A DNA stretch of 64,000 bases from Azolla caroliniana (lineage: Eukaryota; Plantae; Polypodiophyta): contig JBHGNT010000050.1 in the NCBI GenBank assembly GCA_043228905.1, positions 62,001 to 126,000 on the forward strand, read 5' to 3'. Positions 15,077 through 31,100 of this stretch are shown one piece after another (position 1 is the first letter of the stretch; each line of letters begins with the position of its first letter). Made by a program: the position numbers and the translations under genes. Under the pieces are notes generated by a model. That model did no database searches. It was not told the origin of the DNA and saw only the letters and a program-made list of their open reading frames with translations.

Positions 15077-18000
15077 GTTTGAACACAAAAATCCGATATT
15101 ACACGACCCTGGTATGACCATTTTAATTTACTCACTCGCTCTTCTCAACTCCCTCCTCAAATATGCTAATTTCCTCATGTCTCTCGAGCTGAGTTTCAAA
15201 ATCTCGATTTTTTAATTCTATGTCATAGCTAGCCTTGTTAGCTTCGATTCGCATGTTTGAACACAGAAATCCGATATCACACGAGCCAGGTATGACCATT
15301 TTAATTTACTCACTCGCTCTTCTCAACTCCCTCCTCAAATATGTTAATTTTTTCATGTCTCTCGAACTGAGTTTCAAAATCTCGATTTTTTAATTCTATA
15401 TCATAGCTAGCTTTGTTAGCTTCGATTCGCATGTTTGAACACAAAAATCCGATATCACACGAGCCAGGTATGATTATTTTAATTTACTCACTGTTAATTT
15501 CGTCATGTCTCTCGACCTAAGTTTCAAAATCTCGATTTTTTAATTTTATATCATACCTAGCGTTGTTATCTTCGATTCGCATGTTTGAACACAAATATCC
15601 GATATCACACGTGCCAGGTATGAACATTTTAATTTACTGACGTACTCTTCTCCACTACCTCCTCAAATTTGTTACTTTCCTCATGTCTCTCGGCCTCAGT
15701 TTTAAAATTATAATTTGTCAATTCAATATCATAGCTAGCATGTTTGAACACAAAAATCTGATATCACACGAGCCAGGTATGAACATTTTAATTTCCTAAC
15801 GCACTCTTCTCCACTCCCTCCTCAAATGTGTTAATTTCGTCATGTCTCTCGACCTGAGTTTCAAAATCTTGATTTTTTAATTCTATATCATAGCTAGCGT
15901 TGTTAGCTTCGATTCGCATGTTTGAACACAGAAATCCGATATCACACGTGCCAGGTATGAACATTTTAATTTACTGACACACTCTTCTCCACTACCTCCT
16001 CAAATTTGCTAATTTCCTCATGTGTCTCGGCCTCAGTTTTAAAATTCTAATTTTTCAATTCAATATCATAGCTAGCGTTGTTAACCTCGATTCGCATGTT
16101 TGAACACAGAAATCTGATATCACACGAGCCAGGTATGACCATTTTAATTTACTCACTGGCTCTTCTCAACTCCTTCCTTAAATATGTTAATTTCGTCATG
16201 TCTCTCGACCTGAGTTTCAAAATCTTGATTTTTTAATTCTATGTCATAGCTAGCGTTGTTATCTTCGAGTCGCATGTTTGAACACATAAATCCGATATCA
16301 CACGAGCCAGCTATGACCATTTTAATTTACACACTGGCACTTCTCAACTCCCTCCTCAAATATGCTAATTTCCTCATGTCTCTCGACCTGAGTTTCAAAA
16401 TCTCGATTTTTTAATTCTATATCATAGCTAGCGTTGTTAGCTTCGATTCGAATGTTTGAACACAAAAATCCGATATCACACGAGCCAGGTATGAACATTT
16501 TAATTTACTCACTGGCTCTTCTCAACTCCCTCCTTAAATATGTTAATTTTGTCATGTCTCTCGACCTGAGTTTCAAAATCTCGATCTCTTAATTCTATGT
16601 CATAGCTAGCGTTGTTATCTTCGAGTCGCATGTTTGAACACATAAATCCGATATCACACGAGCCAGCTATGACCATTTTAATTTACACATTGGCACTTCT
16701 CAACTCCCTCCTCAAATATGCTAATTTCCTCATGTCTCTCAACGTGAGTTTCAAAATCTCGATTTTTTAATTCTATAGCAAAGCTAGCGTAGTTAGCTTC
16801 GATTCGCATGTTTGAACACAAAAATCCGATATCACACGAGCCAGGTATGAACATTTTAATTTACTCACTGGCTCTTCTCAACTCCCTCCTTAAATATGTT
16901 AATTTCGTCATGTCTCTCGACCTAAGTTTCAAAATCTCGATTTTTTAATTCTATATCATACCTAGCGTTGTTATCTTCGATTCGCATGTTTGAACACAAA
17001 TATCCGATATCACACGTGCCAGGTATGAACATTTTAATTTACTGACGTACTCTTCTCCACTACCTCCTCAAATTTGTTACTTTCCTCATGTCTCTCGGCC
17101 TCAGTTTTAAAATTATAATTTGTCAATTCAATATCATAGCTAGCATGGTTAACTTTGATTCGCATGTTTGAACACAAAAATCTGATATCACACGAGCCAG
17201 GTATGAACATTTTAATTTCCTAACGCACTCTTCTCCACTCCCTCCTCAAATGTGTTAATTTCGTCATGTCTCTCGACCTGAGTTTCAAAATCTTGATTTT
17301 TTAATTCTATATCATACCTAGCGTTGTTATCTTCGATTCGCATGTTTGAACACAAATATCCGATATCACACGTGCCAGGTATGAACATTTTAATTTACTG
17401 ACGTACTCTTCTCCACTACCTCCTCAAATTTGTTACTTTCCTCATGTCTCTCGGCCTCAGTTTTAAAATTATAATTTGTCAATTCAATATCATAGCTAGC
17501 ATGGTTAACTTTGATTCGCATGTTTGAACACAAAAATCTGATATCACACGAGCCAGGTATGAACATTTTAATTTCCTGACGCACTCTTCTCCACTCCCTC
17601 CTCAAATATGTTAATTTCGTCATGTCTCTCGACTTGAGTTTCAAAATCTTGATTTTTTAATTCTATATCATAGCTAGCGTTGTTAGCTTCGATTCGCATG
17701 TTTGAACACAGAAATCCGATATCACACGTGCCAGGTATGAACATTTAAGTTTACTGACACACTCTTCTCCACTACCTCCAACATGCTAATTTCCTCATGT
17801 CTCTCAACGTGAGTTTCAAAATCTTGATTTTTTAATTCTATACCAAAGCTAGCGTAGTTAGCTTCGATTCGCATGTTTGAACACAGAAATCCGATATCAC
17901 ACGAGCCAGGTATGACCATTTTAATTTACTCACTGGCTCTTCTCAACTCCCTCCTCAAATATGTTAATTTTTTCATGTCTCTCGAACTGAGTTTCAAAAT

Positions 18001-21000
18001 TTCGATTTTTTAATTCTATATCATAGCTAGCCTTGTTAGCTTCGATTCGCATGTTTGAACACAGAAATCCGATATCACACGAGCCAGGTGTGACCATTTT
18101 AATTTACTCACTCGCTCTTCTCAACTCCCTCCTCCAACATGCTAATTTCCTCATGTCTCTCGACGTGAGTTTCAAAATCTTGATTTTTTAATTCTATATC
18201 ATAGCTAGCGTAGTTAGCTTCGATTCGCATGTTTGAACACAAAAATCCGATATCACACGAGCCAGGTATGACCATTTTAATTTACTCACTGGCTCTTCTC
18301 TACTCCCTCCTCAAATATGCTAATTTCCTCATGTCTCTCGAACTGAGTTTCAAAATCTTGATTTTTTAATTCTATGTCATAGCTAGCCTTGTTAGCTTCG
18401 ATTCGCATGTTTGAACACAGAAATCCGATATCACACGAGCCACGTATGACCATTTTAATTTACTCACTGGCTCTTCTTAACTCCCTCCTGAAATATGCTA
18501 ATTTGGGCATGTCTTTCGACGTGAGTTTCAAAATCTTGATTTTTAAATTCTATATCAAAGCTAGCGTTGTTAGCTCCGATTCTTAACTCCCTCCTTAAAT
18601 ATGTTAATTTTGTCATGTCTCTCGACCTGAGTTTCAAAATCTCGATCTTCTAATTCTATATCATAGCTAGCTTTGTTATCTTCGAGTCGCATGTTTGAAC
18701 ACATAAATCCGATATCACACGAGCCAGCTATGACCATTTTAATTTACACACTGGCACTTCTCAACTCCCTCCTCAAATATGCTAATTTCCTCATGTCTCT
18801 CGACTTTCGTTTCAAAATCTCGATTTTTAATTCTATATCATAGCTAGCCTTGTTAGCTTCGATTCGCATGTTTGAACACAGAAATCCGATATCACACGAG
18901 CCAGGTATGACCATTTTAATTTACTCACTGGCTCTTCTCAACTCCCTCCTTAAATATGTTAATTTCGTCATGTCTCTCGACCTAAGTTTCAAAATCTCGA
19001 TTTTTTAATTCTATATCATACCTAGCGTTGTTATCTTCGATTCGCATGTTTGAACACAAATATCCGATATCACACGTGCCAGGTATGAACATTTCAATTT
19101 ACTGACGTACTCTTCTCCACTACCTCCTCAAATTTGTTACTTTCCTCATGTCTCTCGGCCTCAGTTTTAAAATTATAATTTGTCAATTCAATATCATAGC
19201 TAGCATGGTTAACTTTGATTCGCATGTTTGAACACAAAAATCTGATATCACACGAGCGAGGTATGAACATTTTAATTTACTGACGCACTCTTCTCGACTC
19301 CCTCCTCCAACATGCTAATTTCCTCATGTCTTTCGACGTCAGTTTCAAAATCTTGATTTTTTAATTCTATATCATAGCTAGCGTTGTTAGCTTCGATTCG
19401 CATGTTTGAACACAGAAATCCGATATCACACGTGCCAGGTATGAACATTTTAATTTACTCACACACTCTTCTCCACTACCTCCTCAAATTTGCTAATTTC
19501 CTCATGTCTCTCGGGCTCAGTTTTAAAATTCTAATTTTTCAATTCAATATCATAGCTAGCGTTGTTAACCTCGATTCGCATGTTTGAACACAGAAATCCG
19601 ATATCACACGAGCCAGGTATGACCATTTTAATTTACTCACTGGCTCTTCTCAACTCCTTCCTTAAATATGTTAATTTCGTCATGTCTCTCGACCTGAGTT
19701 TCAAAATCTCGATTTTTTAATTCTATATCATAGCTAGCTTTGTTAGCTTCGGTTCGCATGTTTGAACACAAAAATCCGATATCACACGAGCCAGGTATGA
19801 TTATTTTAATTTACTCACTGGCTCTTCTCCACTCCCTCCTCAAATATGCGAATTTCCTCATGTCTCTTGACCTGAGTTTCAAAATCTCGATTTTTTAATT
19901 CTATGTCATAGCTAGCCTTGTTAGCTTCGATTCGCATGTTTGAACACCGAAATCCGATATCACACGAGCCACGTATGACCATTTTAATTTACTGACGCAC
20001 TCTTCTCCACTACCTCCTCAAATTTGCTAATTTCGTCATGTCTCTCGGCCTCAGTTTTAAAATTATGAATTTTCAATTCAATATCATAGCTAGCGTTGTT
20101 AACTTCGATTCGCATGTTTGAACACAGAAATCCGATATCACATGAGCCAGGTATGACCATTTTAATTTACTCACTGGCTCTTCTCAACTCCCTCCTCAAA
20201 TATGTTAATTTTTTCATGTCTCTCGAACTGAGTTTCAAAATCTCGATTTTTTAATTCTATATCATAGCTAGCCTTGTTAGCTTCGATTCGCATGTTTGAA
20301 CACAGAAATCCGATATCACACGAGCCAGGTATGACCATTTTAATTTACTCACACGCTCTTCTCAACGCCCTCCTCAAATATGCTAATTTCGTCATGTCTC
20401 TCGACCTGAGTTTCAAAATCTCGATTTTTTAATTCTATATCATAGCTAGCTTTTTTAGCTTCGATTCGCATGTTTGAACACAAATATCCGATATCACACG
20501 AGCCAGATATGACTATTTTAATTTACTCACTGGCTCTTCTCCACTCCCTCCTGAAATATGCGAATTTCCTCATGTCTCTGGACCTGAGTTTCAAAATCTC
20601 GATTTTTTAATTCTATGTCATAGCTAGCCTTGTTAGCTTCGATTCGCATGTTTGAACACAGAAATCCGATATCACACGAGCCACGTATGACCATTTTAAT
20701 TTACTGACGCACTCTTCTCCACTACCTCCTCAAATTTGCTAATTTCGTCATGTCTCTCGGGCTCAGTTTTAAAATTTTCAATTTTCAATTCAATATCATA
20801 GCTAGCGTTGTTAACTTCGATTCGCATGTTTGAACACAGAAATCCGATATCACACAAGCCAGGTATGACCATTTTAATTTACTCACTGGCTCTTCTCAAC
20901 TCCCTCCTCAAATATGTTAATTTTTTCATGTCTCTCGAACTGAGTTTCAAAATCTCGATTTTTTAATTCTATGTCATAGCTAGCCTTGTTAGCTTCGGTT

Positions 21001-24000
21001 CACATGTTTGAACACCGAAATCCGATATCACACGAGCCACGTATGACCATTCTAATTTACTGACGCACTCTTCTCCACTACCTCCTCAAATTTGCTAATT
21101 TCGTCATGTCTCTCGCCCTCAGTTTTAAAATTATGAATTTTCAATTCAATATCATAGCTAGCGTTGTTAACTTCGATTCGCATGTTTGAACACAGAAATC
21201 CGATATCACACGAGCCAGGTATGACCATTTTAATTTACTCATTGGCTCTTCTCAACTCCCTCCTCAAATATGTTAATTTTTTCATGTCTCTCGAACTGAG
21301 TTTCAAAATCTCTATTTTTTAATTCTATATCATAGCTAGCCTTGTTAGCTTCGATTCGCATGTTTGAACACAGAAATCCGATATCACACGAGCCAGATAT
21401 GACCATTTTAATTTACTCACACGCTCTTCTCAACGCCCTCCTCAAATATGCTAATTTCGTCATGTCTCTCGACCTGAGTTTCAAAATCTCGATTTTTTAA
21501 TTCTATATCATAGCTAGCTTTTTTAGCTTCGATTCGCATGTTTGAACACAAAAATCCGATATCACACGAGCCAGGTATGACTATTTTAATTTACTCACTG
21601 GCTCTTCTCCACTCCCTCCTGAAATATGCGAATTTCCTCATGTCTCTGGACCTGAGTTTCAAAATCTCGATTTTTTAATTCTATGTCATAGCTAGCCTTG
21701 TTAGCTTCGATTCGCATGTTTGAACACAGAAATCCGATATCACACGAGCCACGTATGACCATTTTAATTTACTGACGCACTCTTCTCCACTACCTCCTCA
21801 AATTTGCTAATTTCGTCATGTCTCTCGGGCTCAGTTTTAAAATTTTCAATTTTCAATTCAATATCATAGCTAGCGTTGTTAACTTCGATTCGCATGTTTG
21901 AACACAGAAATCCGATATCACACAAGCCAGGTATGACCATTTTAATTTACTCACTGGCTCTTCTCAACTCCCTCCTCAAATATGTTAATTTTTTCATGTC
22001 TCTCGAACTGAGTTTCAAAATCTCGATTTTTTAATTCTATATCATAGCTAGCCTTGTTAGCTTCGATTCGCATGTTTGAACACAGAAATCCGATATTACA
22101 CGAGCCAGGTGTGACCATTTTAATTTACTCACTCGCTCTTCTCAACTCCCTCCTCCAACATGCTAATTTCCTCATGTCTCTCGACGTGAGTTTCAAAATC
22201 TTGATTTTTTAATTCTATATCAAAGCTGGCGTAGTTAGCTTCGATTCGCATGTTTGAACACAAAAATCCGATATCACACGAACCAGGTATGACCATTTTA
22301 ATTTACTCACTGGCTCTTCTCTACTCCCTTCTCAAATATGCTAATTTCCTCATGTCTCTCGAACTAGGTTTCAAAATCTCGATTTTTTAATTCTATGTCA
22401 TAGCTAACCTTGTTAGCTTCGATTCGCATGTTTGAACACAGAAATCCGATATCACACGAGCCAGGTGTGACCATTTTAATTTACTCACTGGCTCTTCTCA
22501 ACTCCCTCCTTAAATATGTTAATTTCGTCATGTCTCTCGACCTAAGTTTCAAAATCTTGATTTTTTAATTCTATATCATACCTAGCGTTGTTATCTTCGA
22601 TTCGCATGTTTGAACACAAATATCCGATATCACACGTGCCAGGTATGAACATTTTAATTTACTGACGTACTCTTCTCCAATACCTCCTCAAATTTATTAC
22701 TTTCCTCATGTCTCTCGGCCTCAGTTTTAAAATTATAATTTGTCAATTCAATATCATAGCTAGCATGGTTAACTTTGATTCGCATGTTTGAACACAAAAA
22801 TCTGATATCACACGAGCCAGGTATGAACATTTTAATTTCCTGACGCACTCTTCTCCACTCCCTCCTCAAATATGTTAATTTCGTCATGTCTCTCGACTTG
22901 AGTTTCAAAATCTTGATTTTTTAATTCTATATCATAGCTAGCGTTGTTAGCTTCGATTCGCATGTTTGAACACAGAAATCCGATATCACACGTGCCAGGT
23001 ATGAACATTTAAGTTTACTGACACACTCTTCTCCACTACCTCCAACATGCTAATTTCCTCATGTCTCTCAACGTGAGTTTCAAAATCTTGATTTTTTAAT
23101 TCTATAGCAAAGCTAGCGTAGTTAGCTTCGATTCGCATGTTTGAACACAAAAATCCGATATCACACGAGCCAGGTATGACCATTTTAATTTACTCACTGG
23201 CTCTTCTCAACTCCCTCCTCAAATATGTTAATTTTTTCATGTCTCTCGAACTGAGTTTCAAAATCTCTATTTTTTAATTCTATATCATAGCTAGCCTTGT
23301 TAGTTTCGATTCGCATGTTTGAACACAGAAATCCGATATCACACGAGCCAGGTATGACCATTTTAATTTACTCACTCGCTCTTCTCAACTCCCTCCTCAA
23401 ATATGCTAATTTCTTCAGGTCTCTCGACTTGAGTTTCAAAATCTCGATTTTTTAATTCTATATCATAGCTAGCCTTGTTAGCTTCGATTCGCATGTTTGA
23501 ACACTGAAATCCGATATCACACGAGCCAGGTATGACCATTTTAATTTACTCACACGCTCTTCTCAACTCCCTCCTCAAATATGCTAATTTCTTCATGTCT
23601 CTTGACCTGAGTTTCAAAATCTCGATTTTTTAATTCTATATCATAGCTAGCCTTGTTAGCTTCGATTTGCATGTTTGAACACAGAAATCCGATATCACAC
23701 GAGCCAGGTATGACCATTTTAATTTACTCACACGCTCTTCTCAACGCCCTCCTCAAATATGCTAATTTCGTCATGTCTCTCGACCTGAGTTTCAAAATCT
23801 CGATTTTTTAATTCTATATCATAGCTAGCTTTTTTAGCTTCGATTCGCATGTTTGAACACAAAAATCCGATATCACACGAGCCAAGTATGACTATTTTAA
23901 TTTACTCACTGGCTCTTCTCCACTCCCTCCTGAAATATGCGAATTTCCTCATGTCTCTGGACCTGAGTTTCAAAATCTCGATTTTTTAATTCTATGTCAT

Positions 24001-27000
24001 AGCTAGCCTTGTTAGCTTCGATTCGCATGTTTGAACACAGAAATCCGATATCACACGAGCCACGTATGACCATTTTAATTTACTGACGCACTCTTCTCCA
24101 CTACCTCCTCAAATTTGCTAATTTCGTCATGTCTCTCGGGCTCAGTTTTAAAATTTTCAATTTTCAATTCAATATCATAGCTAGCGTTGTTAACTTCGAT
24201 TCGCATGTTTGAACACAGAAATCCGATATCACACAAGCCAGGTATGACCATTTTAATTTACTCACTGGCTCTTCTCAACTCCCTCCTCAAATATGTTAAT
24301 TTTTTCATGTCTCTCGAACTGAGTTTCAAAATCTTGATTTTTTCATTCTATATCATAGCTAGCCTTGTTAGCTTCGATTCGCATGTTTGAACACAGAAAT
24401 CCGATATTACACGAGCCAGGTGTGACCATTTTAATTTACTCACTCGCTCTTCTCAACTCCCTCCTCCAACATGCTAATTTCCTCATGTCTCTCGACGTGA
24501 GTTTCAAAATCTTGATTTCTTAATTCTATATCAAAGCTGGCGTAGTTAGCTTCGATTCGCATGTTTGAACACAAAAATCCGATATCACACGAACCAGGTA
24601 TGACCATTTTAATTTACTCACTGGCTCTTCTCTACTCCCTCCTCAAATATGCTAATTTCCTCATGTCTGTCGAACTGAGTTTCAAAATCTCGATTTTTTA
24701 ATTCTATGTCATAGCTAACCTTGTTAGCTTCGATTCGCATGTTTGAACACAGAAATCCAATATCACACGAGCCAGGTGTGACCATTTTAATTTACTCACT
24801 GGCTCTTCTCAACTCCCTCCTTAAATATGTTAATTTCGTCATGTCTCTCGACCTAAGTTTCAAAATCTTGATTTTTTAATTCTATATCATACCTAGCGTT
24901 GTTATCTTCGATTCGCATGTTTGAACACAAATATCCGATATCACACGTGCCAGGTATGAACATTTTAATTTACTGACGTACTCTTCTCCACTACCTCCTC
25001 AAATTTGTTACTTTCCTCATGTCTCTCGGCCTCAGTTTTAAAATTATAATTTGTCAATTCAATATCATAGCTAGCATGGTTAACTTTGATTCGCATGTTT
25101 GAACACAAAAATCTGATATCACACGAGCCAGGTATGAACATTTTAATTTCCTGACGCACTCTTCTCCACTCCCTCCTCAAATATGTTAATTTCGTCATGT
25201 CTCTCGACTTGAGTTTCAAAATCTTGATTTTTTAATTCTATATCATAGCTAGCGTTGTTAGCTTCGATTCGCATGTTTGAACACAGAAATCCGATATCAC
25301 ACGTGCCAGGTATGAACATTTAAGTTTACTGACACACTCTTCTCCACTACCTCCAACATGCTAATTTCCTCATGTCTCTCAACGTGAGTTTCAAAATCTT
25401 GATTTTTTAATTCTATAGCAAAGCTAGCGTAGTTAGCTTCGATTCGCATGTTTGAACACAAAAATCCGATATCACACGAGCCAGGTATGACCATTTTAAT
25501 TTACTCACTGGCTCTTCTCTACTCCCTCCTCAAATATGCTAATTTCCTCATGTCTCTCGAACTGAGTTTCAAAATCTCGATTTTTTAATTCTATGTCATA
25601 GCTAGCCTTGTTAGCTTCGATTCGCATGTTTGAACACAGAAATCCGATATCACACGAGCCAGGTATGACCATTTTAATTTACTCACTGGCTCTTCTCAAC
25701 TCCTTCCTTAAATATGTTAATTTCGTCATGTCTCTCGACCTGAGTTTCAAAATCTCGATTTTTTAATTCTATATCATAGCTAGCTTTGTTAGCTTCGGTT
25801 CGCATGTTTGAACACAAAAATCTGATATCACACGAGCCAGGTATGATTATTTTAATTTACTCACTGGCTCTTCTCCACTCCCTCCTCAAATATGCGAATT
25901 TCCTCATGTCTCTTGACCTGAGTTTCAAAATCTCGATTTTTTAATTCTATGTCATAGCTAGCCTTGTTAGCTTCGATTCGCATGTTTGAACACCGAAATC
26001 CGATATCACATGAGCCACGTATGACCATTTTAATTTACTGACGCACTCTTCTCCACTACTTCCTCAAATTTGCTAATTTCGTCATGTCTCTTGGCCTCAG
26101 TTTTAAAATTATGAATTTTCAATTCAATATCATAGCTAGCGTTGTTAGCTTCGATTCGCATGTTTGAACACAGAAATCCGATATCACACGTGCCAGGTAT
26201 GAACATTTAAGTTTACTGACACACTCTTCTCCACTACCTCCAACATGCTAATTTCCTCATGTCTCTCAACGTGAGTTTCAAAATCTTGATTTTTTAATTC
26301 TATAGCAAAGCTAGCGTAGTTAGCTTTGATTCGCATGTTTGAACACAAAAATCCGATATCACACGAGCCAGGTATGAACATTTTAATTTACTCACTGGCT
26401 CTTCTCAACTCCCTCCTTAAATATGTTAATTTCGTCATGTCTCTCGACCTAAGTTTCAAAATCTCGATTTTTTAATTCGATTCGCATGTTTGAACACAAA
26501 TATCCGATATCACACGTGCCAGGTATGAACATTTTAATTTACTGACGTACTCTTCTCCACTACCTCCTCAAATTTGTTACTTTCCTCATGTCTCTCGGCC
26601 TCAGTTTAAAAATTATAATTTGTCAATTCAATATCATAGCTAGCATGGTTAACTTTGATTCGCATGTTTGAACACAAAAATCTGATATCACACGAGCCAG
26701 GTATGAACATTTTAATTTCCTGACGCACTCTTCTCCACTCCCTCCTCAAATGTGTTAATTTCGTCATGTCTCTCGACCTGAGTTTCAAAATCTCGATTTT
26801 TTAATTCTATATCATACCTAGCGTTGTTATCTTCGATTCGCATGTTTGAACACAAATATCCGATATCACACGTGCCAGGTATGAACATTTTAATTTACTG
26901 ACGTACTCTTCTCCAATACCTCCTCAAATTTGTTACTTTCCTCATGTCTCTCGGCCTCAGTTTTAAAATTATAATTTGTCAATTCAATATCATAGCTAGC

Positions 27001-28108
27001 ATGGTTAACTTTGATTCGCATGTTTGAACACAAAAATCTGATATCACACGAGCCAGGTATGAACATTTTAATTTCCTGACGCACTCTTCTCCACTCCCTC
27101 CTCAAATATGTTAATTTCGTCATGTCTCTCGACTTGAGTTTCAAAATCTTGATTTTTTAATTCTATATCATAGCTAGCGTTGTTAGCTTCGATTCGCATG
27201 TTTGAACACAGAAATCCGATATCACACGTGCCAGGTATGAACATTTAAGTTTACTGACACGCTCTTCTCCACTACCTCCAACATGCTAATTTCCTCATGT
27301 CTCTCAACGTGAGTTTCAAAATCTTGATTTTTTAATTCTATAGCAAAGCTAGCGTAGTTAGCTTCGATTCGCATGTTTGAACACAAAAATCCGATATCAC
27401 ACGAGCCAGGTATGACCATTTTAATTTACTCACTGGCTCTTCTCTACTCCCTCCTCAAATATGCTAATTTCCTCATGTCTCTCGAACTGCGTTTCAAAAT
27501 CTCGATTTTTTAATTCTATGTCATAGCTAGCCTTGTTAGCTTCGATTCGCATGTTTGAACACAGAAATCCGATATCACACGAGCCAGGTATGACCATTTT
27601 AATTTACTCACTGGCTCTTCTCAACTCCTTCCTTAAATATGTTAATTTCGTCATGTCTCTCGACCTGAGTTTCAAAATCTCGATTTTTTAATTCTATATC
27701 ATACCTAGCGTTGTTATCTTCGATTCGCATGTTTGAACACAAATATCCGATATCACACGTGCCAGGTATGAACATTTTAATTTACTGACGTACTCTTCTC
27801 CAATACCTCCTCAAATTTATTACTTTCCTCATGTCTCTCGGCCTCAGTTTTAAAATTATAATTTGTCAATTCAATATCATAGCTAGCATGGTTAACTTTG
27901 ATTCGCATGTTTGAACACAAAAATCTGATATCACACGAGCCAGGTATGAACATTTTAATTTCCTGACGCACTCTTCTCCACTCCCTCCTCAAATATGTTA
28001 ATTTCGTCATGTCTCTCGACTTGAGTTTCAAAATCTTGATTTTTTAATTCTATATCATAGCTAGCGTTGTTAGCTTCGATTCGCATGTTTGAACACAGAA
28101 ATCCGATA

Positions 28109-31100
28109 TCACACATGCCAGGTATGAACATTTAAGTTTACTGACACACTCTTCTCCACTACCTCCAACATGCTAATTTCCTCATGTCTCTCAACGTGAG
28201 TTTCAAAATCTTGATTTTTTAATTCTATAGCAAAGCTAGCGTAGTTAGCTTCGATTCGCATGTTTGAACACAAAAATCCGATATCACACGAGCCAGGTAT
28301 GACCATTTTAATTTACTCACTGGCTCTTCTCAACTCCCTCCTCAAATATGTTAATTTTTTCATGTCTCTCGAACTGAGTTTCAAAATCTCGATTTTTTAA
28401 TTCTATATCATAGCTAGCCTTGTTAGCTTCGATTCGCATGTTTGAACACAGAAATCCGATATCACACGAGCCAGGTATGACCATTTTAATTTACTCACAC
28501 GCTCTTCTCAACGCCCTCCTCAAATATGCTAATTTCGTCATGTCTCTCGACCTGAGTTTCAAAATCTCGATTTTTTAATTCTATATCATAGCTAGCTTTT
28601 TTAGCTTCGATTCGCATGTTTGAACACAAAAATCCGATATCACACGAGCCAGGTATGACTATTTTAATTTACTCACTGGCTCTTCTCCACTCCCTCCTGA
28701 AATATGCGAATTTCCTCATGTCTCTGGACCTGAGTTTCAAAATCTCGATTTTTTAATTCTATGTCATAGCTAGCCTTGTTAGCTTCGATTCGCATGTTTG
28801 AACACAGAAATCCGATATAACACGAGCCACGTATGACCATTTTAATTTACTGACGCACTCTTCTCCACTACCTCCTCAAATTTGCTAATTTCGTCATGTC
28901 TCTCGGGCTCAGTTTTAAAATTTTCAATTTTCAATTCAATATCATAGCTAGCGTTGTTAACTTCGATTCGCATGTTTGAACACAGAAATCCGATATCACA
29001 CAAGCCAGGTATGACCATTTTAATTTACTCACTGGCTCTTCTCAACTCCCTCCTCAAATATGTTAATTTTTTCATGTCTCTCGAACTGAGTTTCAAAATC
29101 TCGATTTTTTAATTCTATATCATAGCTAGCCTTGTTAGCTTCGATTCGCATGTTTGAACACAGAAATCCGATATTACACGAGCCAGGTGTGACCATTTTA
29201 ATTTACTCACTCGCTCTTCTCAACTCCCTCCTCCAACATGCTAATTTCCTCATGTCTCTCGACGTGAGTTTCAAAATCTTGATTTTCTAATTCTATATCA
29301 AAGCTGGCGTAGTTAGCTTCGATTCGCATGTTTGAACACAAAAATCCGATATCACACGAACCAGGTATGACCATTTTAATTTACTCACTGGCTCTTCTCT
29401 ACTCCCTCCTCAAATATGCTAATTTCCTCATGTCTCTCGAACTAGGTTTCAAAATCTCAATTTTTTAATTCTATGTCATAGCTAACCTTGTTAGCTTCGA
29501 TTCGCATGTTTGAACACAGAAATCCGATATCACACGAGCCAGGTGTGACCATTTTAATTTACTCACTGGCTCTTCTCAACTCCCTCCTTAAATATGTTAA
29601 TTTCGTCATGTCTCTCGACCTAAGTTTCAAAATCTTGATTTTTTAATTCTATATCATACCTAGCGTTGTTATCTTCGATTCGCATGTTTGAACACAAATA
29701 TCCGATATCACACGTGCCAGGTATGAACATTTTAATTTACTGACGTACTCTTCTCCAATACCTCCTCAAATTTATTACTTTCCTCATGTCTCTCGGCCTC
29801 AGTTTTAAAATTATAATTTGTCAATTCAATATCATAGCTAGCATGGTTAACTTTGATTCGCATGTTTGAACACAAAAATCTGATATCACACGAGCCAGGT
29901 ATGAACATTTTAATTTCCTGACGCACTCTTCTCCACTCCCTCCTCAAATATGTTAATTTCGTCATGTCTCTCGACTTGAGTTTCAAAATCTTGATTTTTT
30001 AATTCTATATCATAGCTAGCGTTGTTAGCTTCGATTCGCATGTTTGAACACAGAAATCCGATATCACACGTGCCAGGTATGAACATTTAAGTTTACTGAC
30101 ACACTCTTCTCCACTACCTCCAACATGCTAATTTCCTCATGTCTCTCAACGTGAGTTTCAAAATCTTGATTTTTTAATTCTATAGCAAAGCTAGCGTAGT
30201 TAGCTTCGATTCGCATGTTTGAACACAAAAATCCGATATCACACGAGCCAGGTATGACCATTTTAATTTACTCACTGGCTCTTCTCAACTCCCTCCTCAA
30301 ATATGTTAATTTTTTCATGTCTCTCGAACTGAGTTTCAAAATCTCGATTTTTTAATTCTATATCATAGCTAGCCTTGTTAGCTTCGATTCGCATGTTTGA
30401 ACACAGAAATCCGATATCACACGAGCCAGGTATGACCATTTTAATTTACTCACACGCTCTTCTCAACGCCCTCCTCAAATATGCTAATTTCGTCATGTCT
30501 CTCGACCTGAGTTTCAAAATCTCGATTTTTTAATTCTATATCATAGCTAGCTTTTTTAGCTTCGATTCGCATGTTTGAACACAAAAATCCGATATCACAC
30601 GAGCCAGGTATGACTATTTTAATTTACTCACTGGCTCTTCTCCACTCCCTCCTGAAATATGCGAATTTCCTCATGTCTCTGGACCTGAGTTTCAAAATCT
30701 CGATTTTTTAATTCTATGTCATAGCTAGCCTTGTTAGCTTCGATTCGCATGTTTGAACACAGAAATCCGATATAACACGAGCCACGTATGACCATTTTAA
30801 TTTACTGACGCACTCTTCTCCACTACCTCCTCAAATTTGCTAATTTCGTCATGTCTCTCGGGCTCAGTTTTAAAATTTTCAATTTTCAATTCAATATCAT
30901 AGCTAGCGTTGTTAACTTCGATTCGCATGTTTGAACACAGAAATCCGATATCACACAAGCCAGGTATGACCATTTTAATTTACTCACTGGCTCTTCTCAA
31001 CTCCCTCCTCAAATATGTTAATTTTTTCATGTCTCTCGAACTGAGTTTCAAAATCTCGATTTTTTAATTCTATATCATAGCTAGCCTTGTTAGCTTCGAT

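Noticed and set aside
22986-25296. 2311-bp interval as another copy of the core 13-mer HOR
   Set aside because: It has the same length but different monomers at positions 2-4 (A-type monomers with private variants, no B-type). It is an independent expansion of the 11-mer.
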